DNA of 64,000 bases from the NCBI GenBank assembly GCA_965112735.1, contig OZ218951.1, forward strand, positions 124,001-188,000, in the 5' to 3' direction. The stretch comes from Phaeosaccion multiseriatum (Eukaryota; Protista; Ochrophyta, other classes). The notes beneath the pieces are model-generated. The model was not told the origin of the DNA, did not search any database, and saw only the letters and a program-made list of their open reading frames with translations. Positions 24,454 through 37,866 of the stretch are shown here, in pieces. Every line of letters starts with the position of its first letter. Within the stretch, counting starts at the first letter, position 1. The position numbers and the translations under genes are program-made.

Positions 24454-27042
24454 TCACCCACGCACACACACACACGCACACACGCACACACGCACCCACC
24501 TTCTTGGCGTGCACGACAACGTGCCCGGAGGAGTCCACGTAACCGGTGCGGAAGTTCAGGCCCATCTCGATCACGCTCATCACACTAAGGGGGTTGGGGA
24601 GCAGTCACGAGAGAGAGGAAGGGGAAGGGAGGGGAGGGAGGAGAAGGAAAAAGACACACAATTGTATGTTGCGTGTGTGAGAGAGAGTGAAGAGTAAGGG
24701 AGGGAACAACAAAGTCGCACAAGCTCCGTCAGTAGAAGAGCAGAGCGCTAGTGCCACAGCCACAGCGCCACATGTCCATGGACCAAAGCGATGCATGCAT
24801 ACATACATACCTGAGCAAGTAGTCTGCCGCCTGCTGCACGCCCCTGAGCCCGTCTTGTCTTGCCTGGGTCTGCAGGTCGCAGTTCCAGTCCCTCTCGCAC
24901 TTGGAGCGCCGCATGGCTCGCATCATGAGCAGAACGGCATAGGCAAGCAGCAGCAGGAAGCCCAGCAGGTCGAACACGGATCGTTGCCAGGACCCGCCGG
25001 GCAGCAGCATGTGGTGGCTGTGGGGGGGGGGGATGGCAGTGGAGGGTTAGGGTTGGGGGGAGGGGGGGAGGGCGGCTGAGGGGACGGAGGGACGCACACA
25101 CTCACGCACACACTCACGCACACACTCACGCACTCACCTCTTGGCGTAGAGCTTGGCGGCCTGCCACTCGGCGGCGAGGCGGGAGTCACGAACAAGGTTC
25201 CACTTGTTCATAACCTGACACCAGGCACCAGCACACAGACACACACGCACAGACACACACACACAGGGCCGTCAGCACATGGTGAGGCCCCGCGCACTGC
25301 CATCCCTCCTTGTTACCTTGGTGAGGACGTGCCGCTGGTCCGCCATATCGAGTCTGACTTGCAGCACCAGTCCACTTCCCTCCGCGCTAAGGCCGGCAAA
25401 CGGTTCGTGTGTTCTGGCCCCCCCCCCCCCCCCTCCCTCGCCATTGGTGACTTCCTTCGCGGCGGCGGCCCTCCTCGCCTTGTCCCTCCTCTCCTTCCTC
25501 GCCCTGAGACTAAGGATAGGGCTCTTGAGGCCCGGTAGGTGCTGTAAGCCTGAGAGGGGAGATGGGAGATGGCAGCAGATGGGACCTCTGAAACTGAAGA
25601 CATGCCTGTTCTTACGTAATGTTACGTACCGTTGAGGCCCTGCTGCCACATCCGCCCTAGCCCTCTGGCACTGCCCAGCTCGTCCTGCGCTGCCTCCCCC
25701 CCGGGGCCCGTCCTGCCCGCGCCGCAGACACAGACAGACAGAGACAGACAGAGACAGACAGAGACAGACAGAGACAGACAGAGACAGACAGAGGTTCAGG
25801 CAGGAAGTACCACTGGGGGAGGGTTTAGTGCGGAGTGACAAGAGCGGCCGACTGTGCCTACCTCCCGCCAGAGTGAGAGGTGCCCCCCCCGGGCGTGCGC
25901 CCCCCGGGGATGTCCGAGTGCAGCGCGTCGCGCATCCTGAGCTGCAGCGGTCTGCCCGTGGCGAGCCCCTCCGCCCATCCACTGCCATCCCCACCCTTCT
26001 CTCGACCGCGCAGTCCGAAGAGCTCCCGCCCTGTCAGCATCGCAGAGCCCAGCAGGCGCTGAGGGGGGGGATGGCAGTGGATGGTGGATGGGCAGGAGTA
26101 GGGGTTGGGCGGTGGGTGGGGGTGGGGTGGCAGTGGATGGGTAGGCAGGTCAGGCACAGCTCCTCCTTCACTCCACAGAGCCCCTCACTTCCTCTCCCTC
26201 TCCACTGCCATCCCCCTCCACTGCCATCTAATGACGCACCTCCCTAGGCCGCTCTGGCCACTTCATGATGCCCCGAAGTGCCACCACCGAGCGCCTCCTG
26301 TAAGCGGGATGGCAGTGGGAGGGGATGGCAGTGGAGGGGATGGCAGTGGAGGGGGATGGCAGTGGAGGGGATGGCAGTGGAGGGGGATGGCAGTGGAGGG
26401 GATGGTAGTGGAGGGGGATGGCAGTGGAGGGGGATGGTAGTGGAGGGGGATGGCAGTGGAGGCGATGGCAGTGGAGGGGATGGCAGTGGAGGGGGATGGC
26501 AGTGGAGGGGGATGGCAGTGGAGGGGATTGCAGTGGAGGGGATGGCAGTGGAGGGGATGGCAGTGGAGGGGATGGCAGTGGAGGGGATGGCAGTGGAGGG
26601 GATGGCAGTGGAGGGGGATGGCAGTGGAGGGGGATGGCAGTGGAGGGGATGGCAGTGGAGGGGATGGCAGTGGAGTGGATGGCAGTGGAGTGGATGGCAG
26701 TGGAGGTGACGGAGATGACAGTGTAAGGGACGGCAGAGGAGCGGAGATGGCAGTGGACGGGGAATGGCAGTGGGGGGGGAATGGCAGTGGAGGGGAGAGT
26801 AGTGCGAGTTCGCCGCATCCGCGCCGAGCAGAGCCGCCCCACTTAGTACGGGGCCGCCCCACTCTCTACCGACGGCACGCTAATGTCCGCGGCCAGAGCA
26901 GCCTCAGCGTCGCCCCCCACCCCATGAGGTCCACGACACCACGAGCTCTCCCCTGGTACGCACCTGTCAGCGAAGGCGGCAAACCCCGGGGGGGGAGCAA
27001 CTCCAGCCCCGCCGCCAGTGGCTCGACTCTGCCGCCGGTAGC

Positions 27043-27075
<33 letters not shown>

Positions 27076-30000
27076 CTGCTGCTGCTGCCGCTGCCCACCG
27101 GACATTCTCGCTCCTCTCCGGAGAAGGCGACGCCACCCCGGTGGACGCCTCTTCCCCTTGCCCATCCACTGCCATCCCCGCTGTTGGACCGCTGCTGCTG
27201 CTGCTGCTGCTGCTGGACCAGATACGCCCCAGCCGCCCGTACAGTGTCGACGAGGCCTTCTCCGGCGACGGCAGGACCCGGGGGGGGCTAAACGGGCCCG
27301 ACCCGTACCGTGAGTTGCCATCTGCTGGGGAGGCCTCTGACGCCCCAAGGGGTGGGGGCGAGGGCGGGTCCGCTGCTGCTCCTCCTCCCTCCCGGCTTCG
27401 CGCCCACACCTCCAGCGCGAAGCTTCCCCCGCGGATGGCCTCGAGCACCGGCGGCCCCCAATAGACTTGCTGCCACTCGGGGCAGAGCAGGGGAGGGGGG
27501 ACTGCGTCCGACACCACCGCTGACACGCTGAGGGGGGCGGGGCCAAACCCGCGGTGGGGGTGGCAGTGGATGGCAGTGGATGGCAGTGGATGGGAAGGGT
27601 GGCAGTGGATGGGAAGGGTCAACAATCAACGAGGGTAGAGGGTTGCGAGGTCAGCGGTCAATCGCTGCACTCGGGCGTCTGCTGCTCTGTCCCCATTATA
27701 TATATATTGGCCCTGCCTGCTATGCCTGTCTGACACCCGATACTGCCTGCCTGCCCATATGCCTGCCCATACGCCTGCCCATATGCCTGCCCATGATACC
27801 TTGTGTTGAGCATGCGCTGCCCTGTGTGGGGGTCCTTGAAGTCAAAGGTCATGAGCTCGAGATTAGGCGGGCATCCACTCTCGTGGCGGGGCATAGGGGA
27901 GAAGCCGAGCAATTCCGTGGCCAGGGAGGACTGCGGCAGGTCGGCGAGGGGATTGACCACAGAAAGCAAAAGATCAAAGGTCATAGGCCACAGAGAGGGT
28001 TCCCGCCAACACTTCAGCCTCTGACATCAACACGTCAGCCTCTGACACTGAGAGATCGGAGGGCTGGTGTGACTCTCATGAGCAGGGCCGCCATCGGAAG
28101 AGTCGCACAGAGCCGGCCCAAAGCCCCCTTCCCCCTCCCTTCCCTCTCCCTCCCCCCTCCCTGCCCCCTCCCACGCCCTGCCCGGCGCTCGCTCACCTGT
28201 CCCACCGTGGCGTCACCCCCCCCCTCCTCCCCCTCACTCTCGCCCTCCCCACAGAGTAGCGCGAACCTCCTCCCGGGGTGCACGTTGAAGATGATGAAGC
28301 GGCGCTCCTCCTCGTCCCACGCGAAGCGGAAACCCTCCTCGTGCGCAGCGGCGGTGCCCACCTTGCCAGCGAAGCTCTTTGCCTTGCGGCCCTGGGAGGG
28401 GGAGGAGGGGGCAGAGAAGCAGAGGTGTCAGGACATGGGCAGAGCGAAGCTGACACCGGCGAGAGTGAGAGCTAAGGCTCGAGTTGGAGATATGTCTCTG
28501 CCTGGGCCGATTGGCACTACTGCCCTACTGCATGCCGCTGCTCACCTTGCTCTTGCTCTTGATCGGCGACACAAGCGAGCCTGCCCTCACTGCCCTCGCC
28601 GGCCCGCCTCTTGCTGCTGCCTGTGCTTCCATCGCCGCTGCGGCTTCTTCTGCGGCCTCCCTCTTGGCAGCTGCGGTGCTCTTCTCTCTATTGAGCATGT
28701 CCACAAGCTCCTGCGGGGTGAAGGTGCTCATGTGCATGTGTCTGGACAGCCGCACTCGCACCACGCGCCTGCCCTGCGTCTTGCACGTCACAGTGCGAAG
28801 TAGCGCGGGCCCCGCCTCCTCCTCCACTGGGAAGGCCTCCCTCTCCACCTCCTTCTGCTTCAGCTTCCCCAGCCTGGCGGGGCTCAAGCTTTGACAGATC
28901 CTCTCGTTCCCCTCCCCTGACGACACCAGCCCCTGCCCACCACCACGTCTTGGCCTCGCATAGGAGGACAGTTCCCGAGGGGGTGGGGCTGCTGCCGCCC
29001 TCGGAGAGCCCTCGGGAGACTGCCTCTGGTCCTGGTGTGGCCCTTGGGAAAGTGGCCCTCCGCCCCCTCGACTCAGTAGCAGCCCTCCCCCCGCCCCTCC
29101 CTCGGCCCTTGACCCTGCCAGGAGCAACGCCTCCTCTCTCGGAGGAGACATGGAGGCCCACCCCCTCCTGCCTCCTCCCCGGCCCCTCTTTACCCCCCCA
29201 CCCCGGCGCCGCTCGGGGCCCACCCAGGTGTCCCACACCTCAATGGTGAGGTCCGCGTTGCTCTGGCGGATGCAGAAGGCCTTCTTGCCCTCCACGCCCA
29301 CAGTGCGCCCCTTCCACTTGGCCTTGCACACCAGCTCCTCGTTCTCCTCGTCCAGCTGGGGGGGGGGCGGGGGCGGCGTCTTCCCGGCCTCCTGCTCGCC
29401 TCTCCTGCCCCCTCTGCCCCCTCCCCAGCGCTGCTCTGACTCTGGCTCGGACTCATCCGTCCCGCTGTCAAACATGTCTTCTCGGAACCCTCTCGCCCCC
29501 CTGGGGCTTCCGTCTATGGAGACGTCCCCGGCCTTCCCGACCCCTGCAGCAGTTGGTGATACCCCGCGGCCTGTGCTATTGAGGGTCTTGGATATCTCTG
29601 AGTCAAGGCTGAGGCCGTGCCCCTTGTGCTTGCGCGTGTTGCGCTTGCGTGTGGCCCACACCGCACTTGACACACTTGAAGGCGACACCCCCCCCGAGGC
29701 GTTGCGGGCGTGTGCACTTGCACTGTGCGGAGAGGTGCACGGAGAGGTGCACGGAGAGGTGCACGGAGAGGTGCGTGGAGAGGCGTGCGGCGAAGGGCGG
29801 GAGGGAGACGACTTGTCTGCTGCCAGCCCCACGGCCACCCTCCCCCTGACAAGTCGAGTGAGTGCGGCAGTGAGTGCGACAGAGGGGGGGATTGCATGGG
29901 GCAGGGGCAAGGGCGTTGCGTGAGGGGAGGGCGCGTGCCCAGAGTGTGACCCCACAGTCGGTCCACAGTCCACAGCCAGTCCACAGTCCGTCAAGTACTC

Positions 30001-30752
30001 ATCCACAGTCAGTCCACAGTCCAAGTCTTGGTTTTTTGAGCATGCCTATGGCGCACCGTCTGCCCATGTGACTGTCCATGAACCGCCCCTGCCCATATAC
30101 CCGTCCCGCTGCTCCACGCAACGCCCTGCTCCGCACCTTCGTGTGGCCGTCTTCGGCGCCGGCGATTGCAGCGCGTCCATCTCAAGCAAAGGGTCAATGG
30201 CCGTGCCCTCCCCGCTGGGGTCGTCTCCATTCCCCCCCCCCCTGGGGCTGCAGCTGGGGCTCTGAACGGGGTAAAGGTCATCGTTGTTAGGTCGGGCCGC
30301 AGCTCTGCTCCTCTTCTTGAGACGCCTGCCGCCCCCCGGGGAGCCGCCCTCCGGGAACCCCCCCCCCGGGATGGGGTGAGGACTCTTAAGCCTGACCCCC
30401 CCGAGGCCCACGACGAAGGCCTTGAGGCGGAACACTCCCACACGCATTTGGATGCGCCCGCGGCTGAACGGCCACCTGCATGCACGTCGCGAAAGTGAGG
30501 CAGTACAGTCAGGGGGGGTCACACGGTACAGCGGGCAAGCGTGAGCGCCGCTTCGGGAAAGGAAGAGAGGAAGGGAAGGGAAGGAAGGGACTACGCAGGG
30601 TGTCAGGACTCTTGTGCGCTGTGGGCCTGTGTGTGACCTGTTTGAGTTTGAGTTTGAGCGTACTGTACCTGTGGCTGCCTCGGAGGTCTCTGTAGGCAGG
30701 GGCGCCGCTCCTTCCCAGGGACAGCAGATCCCTCTCAGACAGCTTCAACCTG

Positions 30753-30783
<31 letters not shown>

Positions 30784-32387
30784 GGTGGAGGAAGGGAGGC
30801 TTCTGTTGGTGAGAACAGCGCTGTCCGCCATACGTAACATATGGCAGCAAACGGCACCCAAAGAGCCCACCCTACCCCCTGCCTGTAGCGCTTGCCTGCC
30901 GATGAGGACGTCCCCCAGCACCTTCTGCTTGAGGGAGCTCAGTGCGGCGCCCATCATGGCCCCCTGGTCGAACAGCTTGGGGTCGTTCCACACAGATCGC
31001 AGCCTCGCCCTGGGTGGGGGGGGCACGATTTCCGAGTCCGTCTGCGCAAGCGGGAGGGCAGGGAGGCAGGAGGGCAGCAAGGGCATGCATGTGGTCACGT
31101 CCAGGCAGCAGCAGCACACGAGCACCAGCACCAGGAAGAGCGGCAGAGGGGGTTAGGATGAGCTTGATAGCCGCGCAGAAGCTCGACCAAGCAGTGTACA
31201 CGCGGGGCAGCAGTACGCACATTGAGGGCGGGGGGCGTACGGGGCACAGCCAAAGCCGACCCTGTCCCCCCTGGAGACTCCCCCCCTGGAGACCCCTGTG
31301 CGGTCTCCCCCTTGGAGGAGGGGGAGAGGGCGCCCCCCACCCCCACCAAGTGCCCCACCCCCACCAAGTGGCCCTCCGAGCGGCGCTTGTGCAGACCTGC
31401 AGGGGGGGAGCAACAGGGGATGCAGCTGAGCTGAGCAGGCGGTCACCCATGGCAATGAGAGCGGGGGCGGTGAGGGCCGGGCGTGACTGAGTGGTGGTGT
31501 GTGTGAGTGGACGCACCTGCCGACTGTGGCGTACCGCCCCCATGTAGCTGCTTCCTCCGCGCGGCGTAGGCCTTGTCCCCGGCGTGGAAGGCGGACTGAT
31601 CGTACACCTGAGACAGACAGAGAGACAGAGGCGCGAGGGGGGCTCGTCAGACTTACTCTCGTGGGACGGTGCTGCTCACTCACTTGGGCCGAGAGCCCCT
31701 CCCTTCCTTCCCGCGTATGCCTCCACCCAGCGCCTCCCTCACCTCCAGCACGAGTTCGTTGCTGCTCTGGGGCATGTCTGGGTCGAGGTCTCGTTGGCTT
31801 ATGCCCAGCTCGAACAGCTCGTCCCACAGAGCTTCGCGAGGGGCCCTCTCCACGCTGTCACCGGGCTGTGTCACAAACTCCTGCGCACGACCACACACAA
31901 GCAAGCCATGACGTCGTGGGGAATCATTCACGAGAGCACGGACATACCCGCGAAGTGTGCTCGTTTCAGCGCAGCGTCCCCCCCTCTCCGCCCACTCACC
32001 CCCTCTCCCCTCCACTTGATCTCTCCCGCCCACTCAGCCCCCTTCCCCCTCCCTCCACTCACTCACCCTTCCCCTCCACTTGACGACCACGTAGTATCTG
32101 CCCTTGCCCACGAGACTCTTGTGGCGGGACAGGCGCGTGGCCGAAATGACGTGCAGGTGAAACAGAGGCACTTCGCGCTCGTGATGCGGCACCACAGATC
32201 CCACGAGCCCAGCTCCCTCCCCCCACGTTCCTGTCCCACTGCTGCTCGCTTCGTGCGCCGCGCTGGAGGTGTGTCGCCCTTCCCCACTCACCCAACTCGT
32301 TGGACCGTTGCCTCGGCTCGTGGTCTCCTCATCCGCACCTGCTGCCGCCTCCCGTAGTGCCGGCTGCCCACCCGTAGGAGAGGACAT
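21112..32387 (-). CDS. Large multi-exon protein: 2-3 insert-laden C2 domains plus an HCN/EAG/CNG-type S1-S4 transmembrane module; no pore or cNMP domain seen (3' end uncertain, 21855 or ~21112)
   Basis: C2 signatures: FHLHVISATRLS...YYVVVKWRGR|EFVT...LWDELFEL...ELVLE|VYDQ...DVLIGR|LKLSERDLL...RGRIQMRV; CKAKWKG...LTIEVWDT; FALEVWAR...LLGSAML. Channel-like part: LLPGGSWQRSVFDLLGFLLLLAYAVLL (S1), IEMGLNFRTGYVDSSGHVVVHAKK|VFLHYLFTWFVLDFICALP (S2-S3), FFPRLARFLRITVVL (S4-like). Confidence 0.65.
26305..26795. repeat. Intronic 15-16-bp minisatellite (GGGGATGGCAGTGGAG)n, ~30 units
   Basis: Read directly; the core is the same GATGGCAGTGGA motif that is dispersed across the window. Confidence 0.9.
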
Positions 32388-32770
32388 GCTGAAACAGCAG
32401 CAGGGCGCAACGCCGATCGCTCAACGCAATATCCTTCAGCAGACGCCTCCCTTGGCCGCGTTGGGAAAAGGAATTTCCATTCTGTTTCTCGTATCGGATC
32501 TTCACCTGCCTCGGTCAAGCCCCTCCGAACAGACGCAGCAGATCCATGATTCCCACAACAAGCGTACCCTCACCTACTACGGTGCCACACCAAAGCAGAC
32601 CATGTCACCTTGGGGATGAGGAAAAAAAAATAGGAGAGCCAAAAAAGAAATAATACATCTGTGAGTCAAGGCAGAGCACCAACGCCGCGAAATTGAAACT
32701 GTCGCTTTTCTTTTACGGGGTATCACATACGAGTACATTCCATATATTCCCATAAGAGGACGCAGCAGTG

Positions 32771-35700
32771 ATGGAGGAGGAGGAGGAAGATCGGCCTGAG
32801 ACGGGCTCTGATGGAGGAGGAAGTAGCAGCCCTGCAGCAGAGGAGGCCCAGACCAACAGCGACGGTGAAGCTCCTCCTGACTCGCCCTCGACGGATGATA
32901 CACGCCAGAGTATTGCCATGCGCCGCTTTCGCAAGGCTACTCGGTTGGTCGCTACTTTGGCGGCCTTCCGAGAGGGAGTCGCTCCGGCCCGGGCCGCCGC
33001 TGACCGCGCGGCTACTAAGGCAGCTGCGGCAGAGGCAGAGCGCAGCAAAAAGTGGAACATGACTGTGGCGCTGCAGAAGGTGTGCACCATAGACAAGATC
33101 ATAGAGCTGAGGGAGACCGTCGAGAAGCTCAGGTGCGTATATTTGGGCAGAGGAGGGCCTCGAGGCAGGGCGGCCGCGCTCTGAAGTGAGTTGACCTGAC
33201 TTCGCTCCTCTTGCCGCAGGTACGACAAGACGTACTTCGAGGCCAAGCTCAAAAACACGGAGGAGGTGCTGGAGAGCGTCGTGGCTCACAACGAGAGGCT
33301 TCACGCCACTCTCAGGGAGGAGATCGAGGAAGCAGTTTTGAAGTGAGTGAGAGTGAGGAGGGAGAGCAGAGCGCAGAGTGCAGTCAGCGCCCCAATCGCA
33401 ATGGTGCCTCGCCTGCCTCACTTCTTACTTGCTTTCCCTCCCCCTTGCTGTCCTCTCTTGTTTGCCGCCTCCCCCTCCCCCCTCAAGGGCGAACGCCTTC
33501 GAGGACACGCTGGCGGTGGAGCGGCACGCAAGGGGAGTGGAGAGGGCCAACGAGGCAAGGCAGAGGGAGGAGCTCAACGGCGAAGTGGCCGACTGCAGAG
33601 CGCAGGTCGTGGTCATGCAAAGGGTAAGTGATTTACAGTGAGTGCAGTGAGTGCAGTGAGTGAAGAAGGTGCCGTCCGGGTTAGACGCCAGGGCAGCGAG
33701 GGGACCTCCTTGCACTTGGGGGACTCTGTGCGGCTTATAAGCGTGTGGGAAGCCTCGCGGCGGGTATCGTAAGAGCAGCGTCCCGTCCTTACAATGCGCT
33801 TTTCCGTCTCATATCGCCCCTGCCTGCTCTCTTCCTCTCTTGCTCTCCTACGCTCTTGCTCTGCTGTTCTCTTGCTCTCTTGAAGTGGGTGGAGGAGAAG
33901 GCGGAGATGGAGAAGGCGAATGCGGCGCTGCAGGTGAGCTTCGGGTGTAGCATATAGAGAAAGGAGAGGAGAGGGAGAAAGGGAGAAAAATAGGGTGAGG
34001 AGAGGAAGAGAAGGTTGAGAGAGAAGGGTGATCCCCTGAAGGGAGTCTGTCAAAGAGTTAGAAGCCGATGCTCTGAATTGGAGGTAAGAATTGCGTGTTT
34101 GGTCTCCCATGGGCGTTGCTTGCTGCGTGCTTGCAGGCGCGCACCGCTGCTGCGGAGGCTTCTTGCGAGCTCAGAGTGGAGCAGGCCAAGAGGGCCTTCG
34201 AAGTTCAGCTCGCCAGGCACGGCGTCCGAAGGGCCCAGGAGGTGAGCGGGGAGTCGGGGGAGGGGGACGGCAGTGGATGGGGAGGGAGAGGGGACTGGGC
34301 TGCTGCCCACACTCTCTTGTCCCCTCTTTCTCCATCCTTTCCTCTCTCTCTCTGTGTCTGTGTATGTGTGTGTGGGGGAGCACGAAGGGTTCAAGAGGGG
34401 GAGGGCCACGAAGGGTCACGTGGAGAGCCTTGTCGAGAACGGCCAAGGAGATGCAGCGAATGGTCTGAACACATCGTCTGTCTGCTGCCTGCCCGCCCGC
34501 CTCCCCCCCAAATCCTTCTACTGCCATCGCTTCCTCAACCGCCCACCCCCCCCTGCGCCTCTCCGCGGGCGGTGCTTGAAGGTTGCTTTGGGCGTCAAGA
34601 AAGTGAGGAATCGCCTGAGGCAAAGAGTGGCGGGCGACTACGAGCGGCTGCAAGAGGAGAACCAGGTGGTGGTGGGGGGGGGGAATATTTATTGACTTAA
34701 TAGTTAATGGAGGGTGGGGACGGGGGGAGGGTGCAGCAAGTGGTAGAAAGGGGCAGGCAGAGCGGTGGGGCTCTATCTATCGCTCTGTCTCTGCCGCTGT
34801 CTCTGTATCTCTGCCTCTGTCCCTGCCTCTGCCTCTACTGACTCGCGGCTCCTTGCGGCTCGTTGCAGGCGTACTTGGCCAATTCTTCGGTGCAAGGTGC
34901 GCAGCTCTACGAACTCATCCGCCAGAACGACGCCCTGCTGGACGAGGGGAAGAGGGGCCGGACGTTGCTGGCGGTCTCCAGGTTAGAGAGGCGAGGGGGG
35001 GGGGGGGACGCGAGAGGGAGGGAAGAGCAAAGCCCCTGTGCTCCCCTGCCTGCTTCCTGCTGGCCTCACCCTCTGCCCTGCCCTCCCCTCAGGCAAGCAG
35101 AGAGGCACTGCGTGAAGCAGCTCGCAGCAGCCCGGCGCCGGATGGCAGTCCAAGAGCAGCAGTTGTTGGTCCAGCAGCAGAAGGCGGCGGAGGCCCAACA
35201 ACGCTTAGCAGGCCAAGTAGATGCCCAACAAGGCTCAGCAGACCAAGGAGATACCCAACAAGGCTCAGCCGGCGAAGGCGAGGGCGCCCTTCGCAGCACC
35301 GACCTCGGAGCTTGTCAACTGCAGCACACGCTGCAGAGCATCGCAAGGGACATCGGCGAGCAGCAGCGGAGAGAGGCACCAGAGGAGAAGGGAAGGGGAG
35401 GGGAGGAGGCAAGGAGGGAGGGGGTAGCAGCAGCAGATTTTCCGGCCGCCGGGCCCCCTTCCCTCGAGGAGGTGCCGTCGGAGAGCGGCGCTTGGCGGCA
35501 GCCCCAGCCGCCCGTGAAGCAGAGACAGTCACCGTCCGCTGCCATCGGCCTTGACGTGTCTGCGTCAGGCGCTCCGGCATCGGCTTCTCCGGGCGCAAGG
35601 TGAGCAAGATCACAGATGGCGGGTCGGGCAAAAGACACATGTGTGTGTGTTTGCGCGATGGTGGGGAGGGTTTGCCTGCCCAACAGCCGCCTCTGATTCT

Positions 35701-36371
35701 TGTTCTCTCTCCTACGCGTCACGCATCACAGTGCCACGACCAACGAGGTGAGGCCCAACGCGAGGCCCAAGCGCGACAACAAGCAAGAGTGCACGAGCAT
35801 GAGCTACCTCCAACTGGGGGACTGGGCCAGGGAGTGGCTGCGGGGGGGGGGAGGATCCGAGCTGTCCTTCACGCGCGCAGGCTCCGAGTTCCGAGTCCCG
35901 TCCATCACCGCCCTCGGCCTCTCCACCGCTGCTCCCTCCTCGCCTTCGCTTCCCATAGTCACTGAACTTGACAGCGACAGTCGGCAAGGGAAAGGCGAAG
36001 GCCGGGGCCGAGACTGTGCCAGCGTGGTTGCGTCGCAATCGCCCCGAAGGAAGCATTGTCTCTCACACGCCCACGCACACACGCGCTCCCCCCGACGGCC
36101 CCAGGCCGTTCCGCCTTTGCTGGGGAGGGCTGAGTCCACGAGGGCCGGCACACTGGCAGCACGCAGCAAGAGCGGCGGCAGCGGCGGCAGTGGGGGCTGG
36201 GCGTCACGCGACACCAACTTTTGCTGGCGCGGAGAGGGGGCAAAGTCAAGCCGTCTCGCGCGGGGAGTGAGCAGCAGCAGCAACAGCAACAGCAACAGCC
36301 ACAGCACCAGACAAAAGAGGCTCAAAGCCCCGACTCGATTAGAACAAAGCTATTGCTCTATCATGACTTAA
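32771..36371 (+). CDS. Hypothetical coiled-coil protein, ~9 exons
   Basis: Phase-consistent exons: ...IIELRETVEKLR|YDKTYFEAKLKNTEEVLE...EEAVLK|ANAFEDTLAVER...VMQR|WVEEKAEMEKANAALQ|ARTAAAE...RAQE|VALGVKKVRNRLRQ...EENQ|AYLANS...|QAERHCVKQL. Heptad-like, with a low-complexity C-terminus. Confidence 0.65.
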
Positions 36372-36521
36372 ATGAAAATACGAAAGAACACCCTGAGCGT
36401 GATGTGTCTCCCGTTGCACGTGTTGCCCTAGTGCGGAGCTCCTATCAGGCTCCCAGCAGCCCCTCCCCCCGAGTGGGGCCCCAACTCCAACCCCAACCCT
36501 AAACCCTCCCTCCATCTTGCG

Positions 36522-37619
36522 CTATTGCTCCTGCTGCTCCTTCTTCTTCCTGTCCCGGAGGAGCTCATCTATGGGCGGGGCGGGCTTTGCTCCGAGAAGC
36601 TTCCCCAACGGAGGCACCACGGCAGAGAGGACGATGTCCCATCCGGCTATCTGAAAGGCATCCTCTTGGGAGAGCAGGAGCCCCGCCTCGTCCCGTCTGC
36701 ACACAAGAAGGGACGGTGTCACACGTATCATTATCAGCTTTCGGCTGACACAAGAAGGCAGTGCGTTGAGTCATGCGCCGCCACTGAGTGTCACTTACGT
36801 GAAGGTGGTGAGGATCAAGTATGGCTTGATGCTCGGCTTGAAAGGCAGATTCACCTTGCCCTCCAACCTCCACTCCACCTCAATGGTGCCTTCCACCACG
36901 TCTACGTGAACCACATCCATTTTGGTTGCCTTCAATGCAGCAAAGCAAGTGGGACAGGGAAGGAGAGTCAGGGGCCCAGGGCCAGCCACAGCCAGGCTTG
37001 GAGAGGGTCAGAGTGAGAGCGCACCTGCTGGTCGAAGAGTTTGTTCACCCCCTCTGCATACGTGCCAATACCCTTGAGGCTGACGGAAGGGTCCACGAAA
37101 TCGAAGAGAGGGGAGAAGAGGCTCTGATCGCAGCGGCCCGTGACAAACCACGAGTGCTGCCTCAGGCCCTCCTCCAGCGCCTCGGCCATGCTTTCTGCAG
37201 GCAGGTTGGTCCTCAGCGGCTCTCCTCTGTTCACGAGGAGCTGCTCGGCCGTCAAGGGCTCCTCGGAAGGTAAGAAGTTGCCCAGAAAGGCCGTCAACCC
37301 ATCGGAGTACACCTCCCGCTCTTCGCCTGGGCCCTTGGCCAAAAGCGCCGTGGAACATGTGGGTGCTACGGGGCGAGCCATCCCTCGCGCGGCGCTGGCA
37401 GAGGAGGACACATGGCTAAGTGCCTGGACCTGCTGCTTTCCTTCGAAAGGCTGGACAACTAAACCACTTGCCCTGCCTAATGGGGGGAGCAAAGACTTTT
37501 TAGTGATTGGTATGGCCCCAGAGAACAAAAGCTATATGCATAGGAGCTCACTCACCTTGAGTGAAAATCGGCAAAAGAAGGCTTAGGATAGCTCCCCGGC
37601 GCCGTCTTCGGTTCGCCAT
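36522..37619 (-). CDS. DUF2358/NTF2(SnoaL)-like protein with N-terminal targeting leader (probably plastid), 4 exons
   Basis: MANRRRRRGAILSLLLPIFTQ|GRASGLVVQPF...SWFVTGRCDQSLFSPLFDFVDPSVSLKGIGTYAEGVNKLFD...IEVEWRLEGKVNLPFKPSIKPY...GLLLSQEDAF. The YFVTG-like/FxDP/WRLxGxxxLPxKP pattern is typical of DUF2358. Confidence 0.75.
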
Positions 37620-37866
37620 CAGGAGAACATCTATGGTTGTCTAAAAGTAATGTCAGGAGAACATGAGAACATCAAGTTTTTGGTAACGTGTTGGTGGTAC
37701 TCAACGCCGCCATCTGAAATTGAAACGCTCACGCCCCCCAAAAAAAAAGGTCACCAACCCCTCCCCTCCCTTCCACCCCCACCCCCTTCCACCCCCACCC
37801 TTATGTACTACCGTAGCTCAGAGGGAGACTGTCACTCTCTTCAGTTTTTAGCTCTCAGTACTCTGC

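Noticed and set aside
22800-25320. Idea that GGATGGCAGTG near donors pairs with CACTGCCATCC near acceptors to fold each intron
   Set aside because: The introns inspected (~25215-25315 and ~22797-22953) carry only one orientation, so a general intramolecular stem is not supported.
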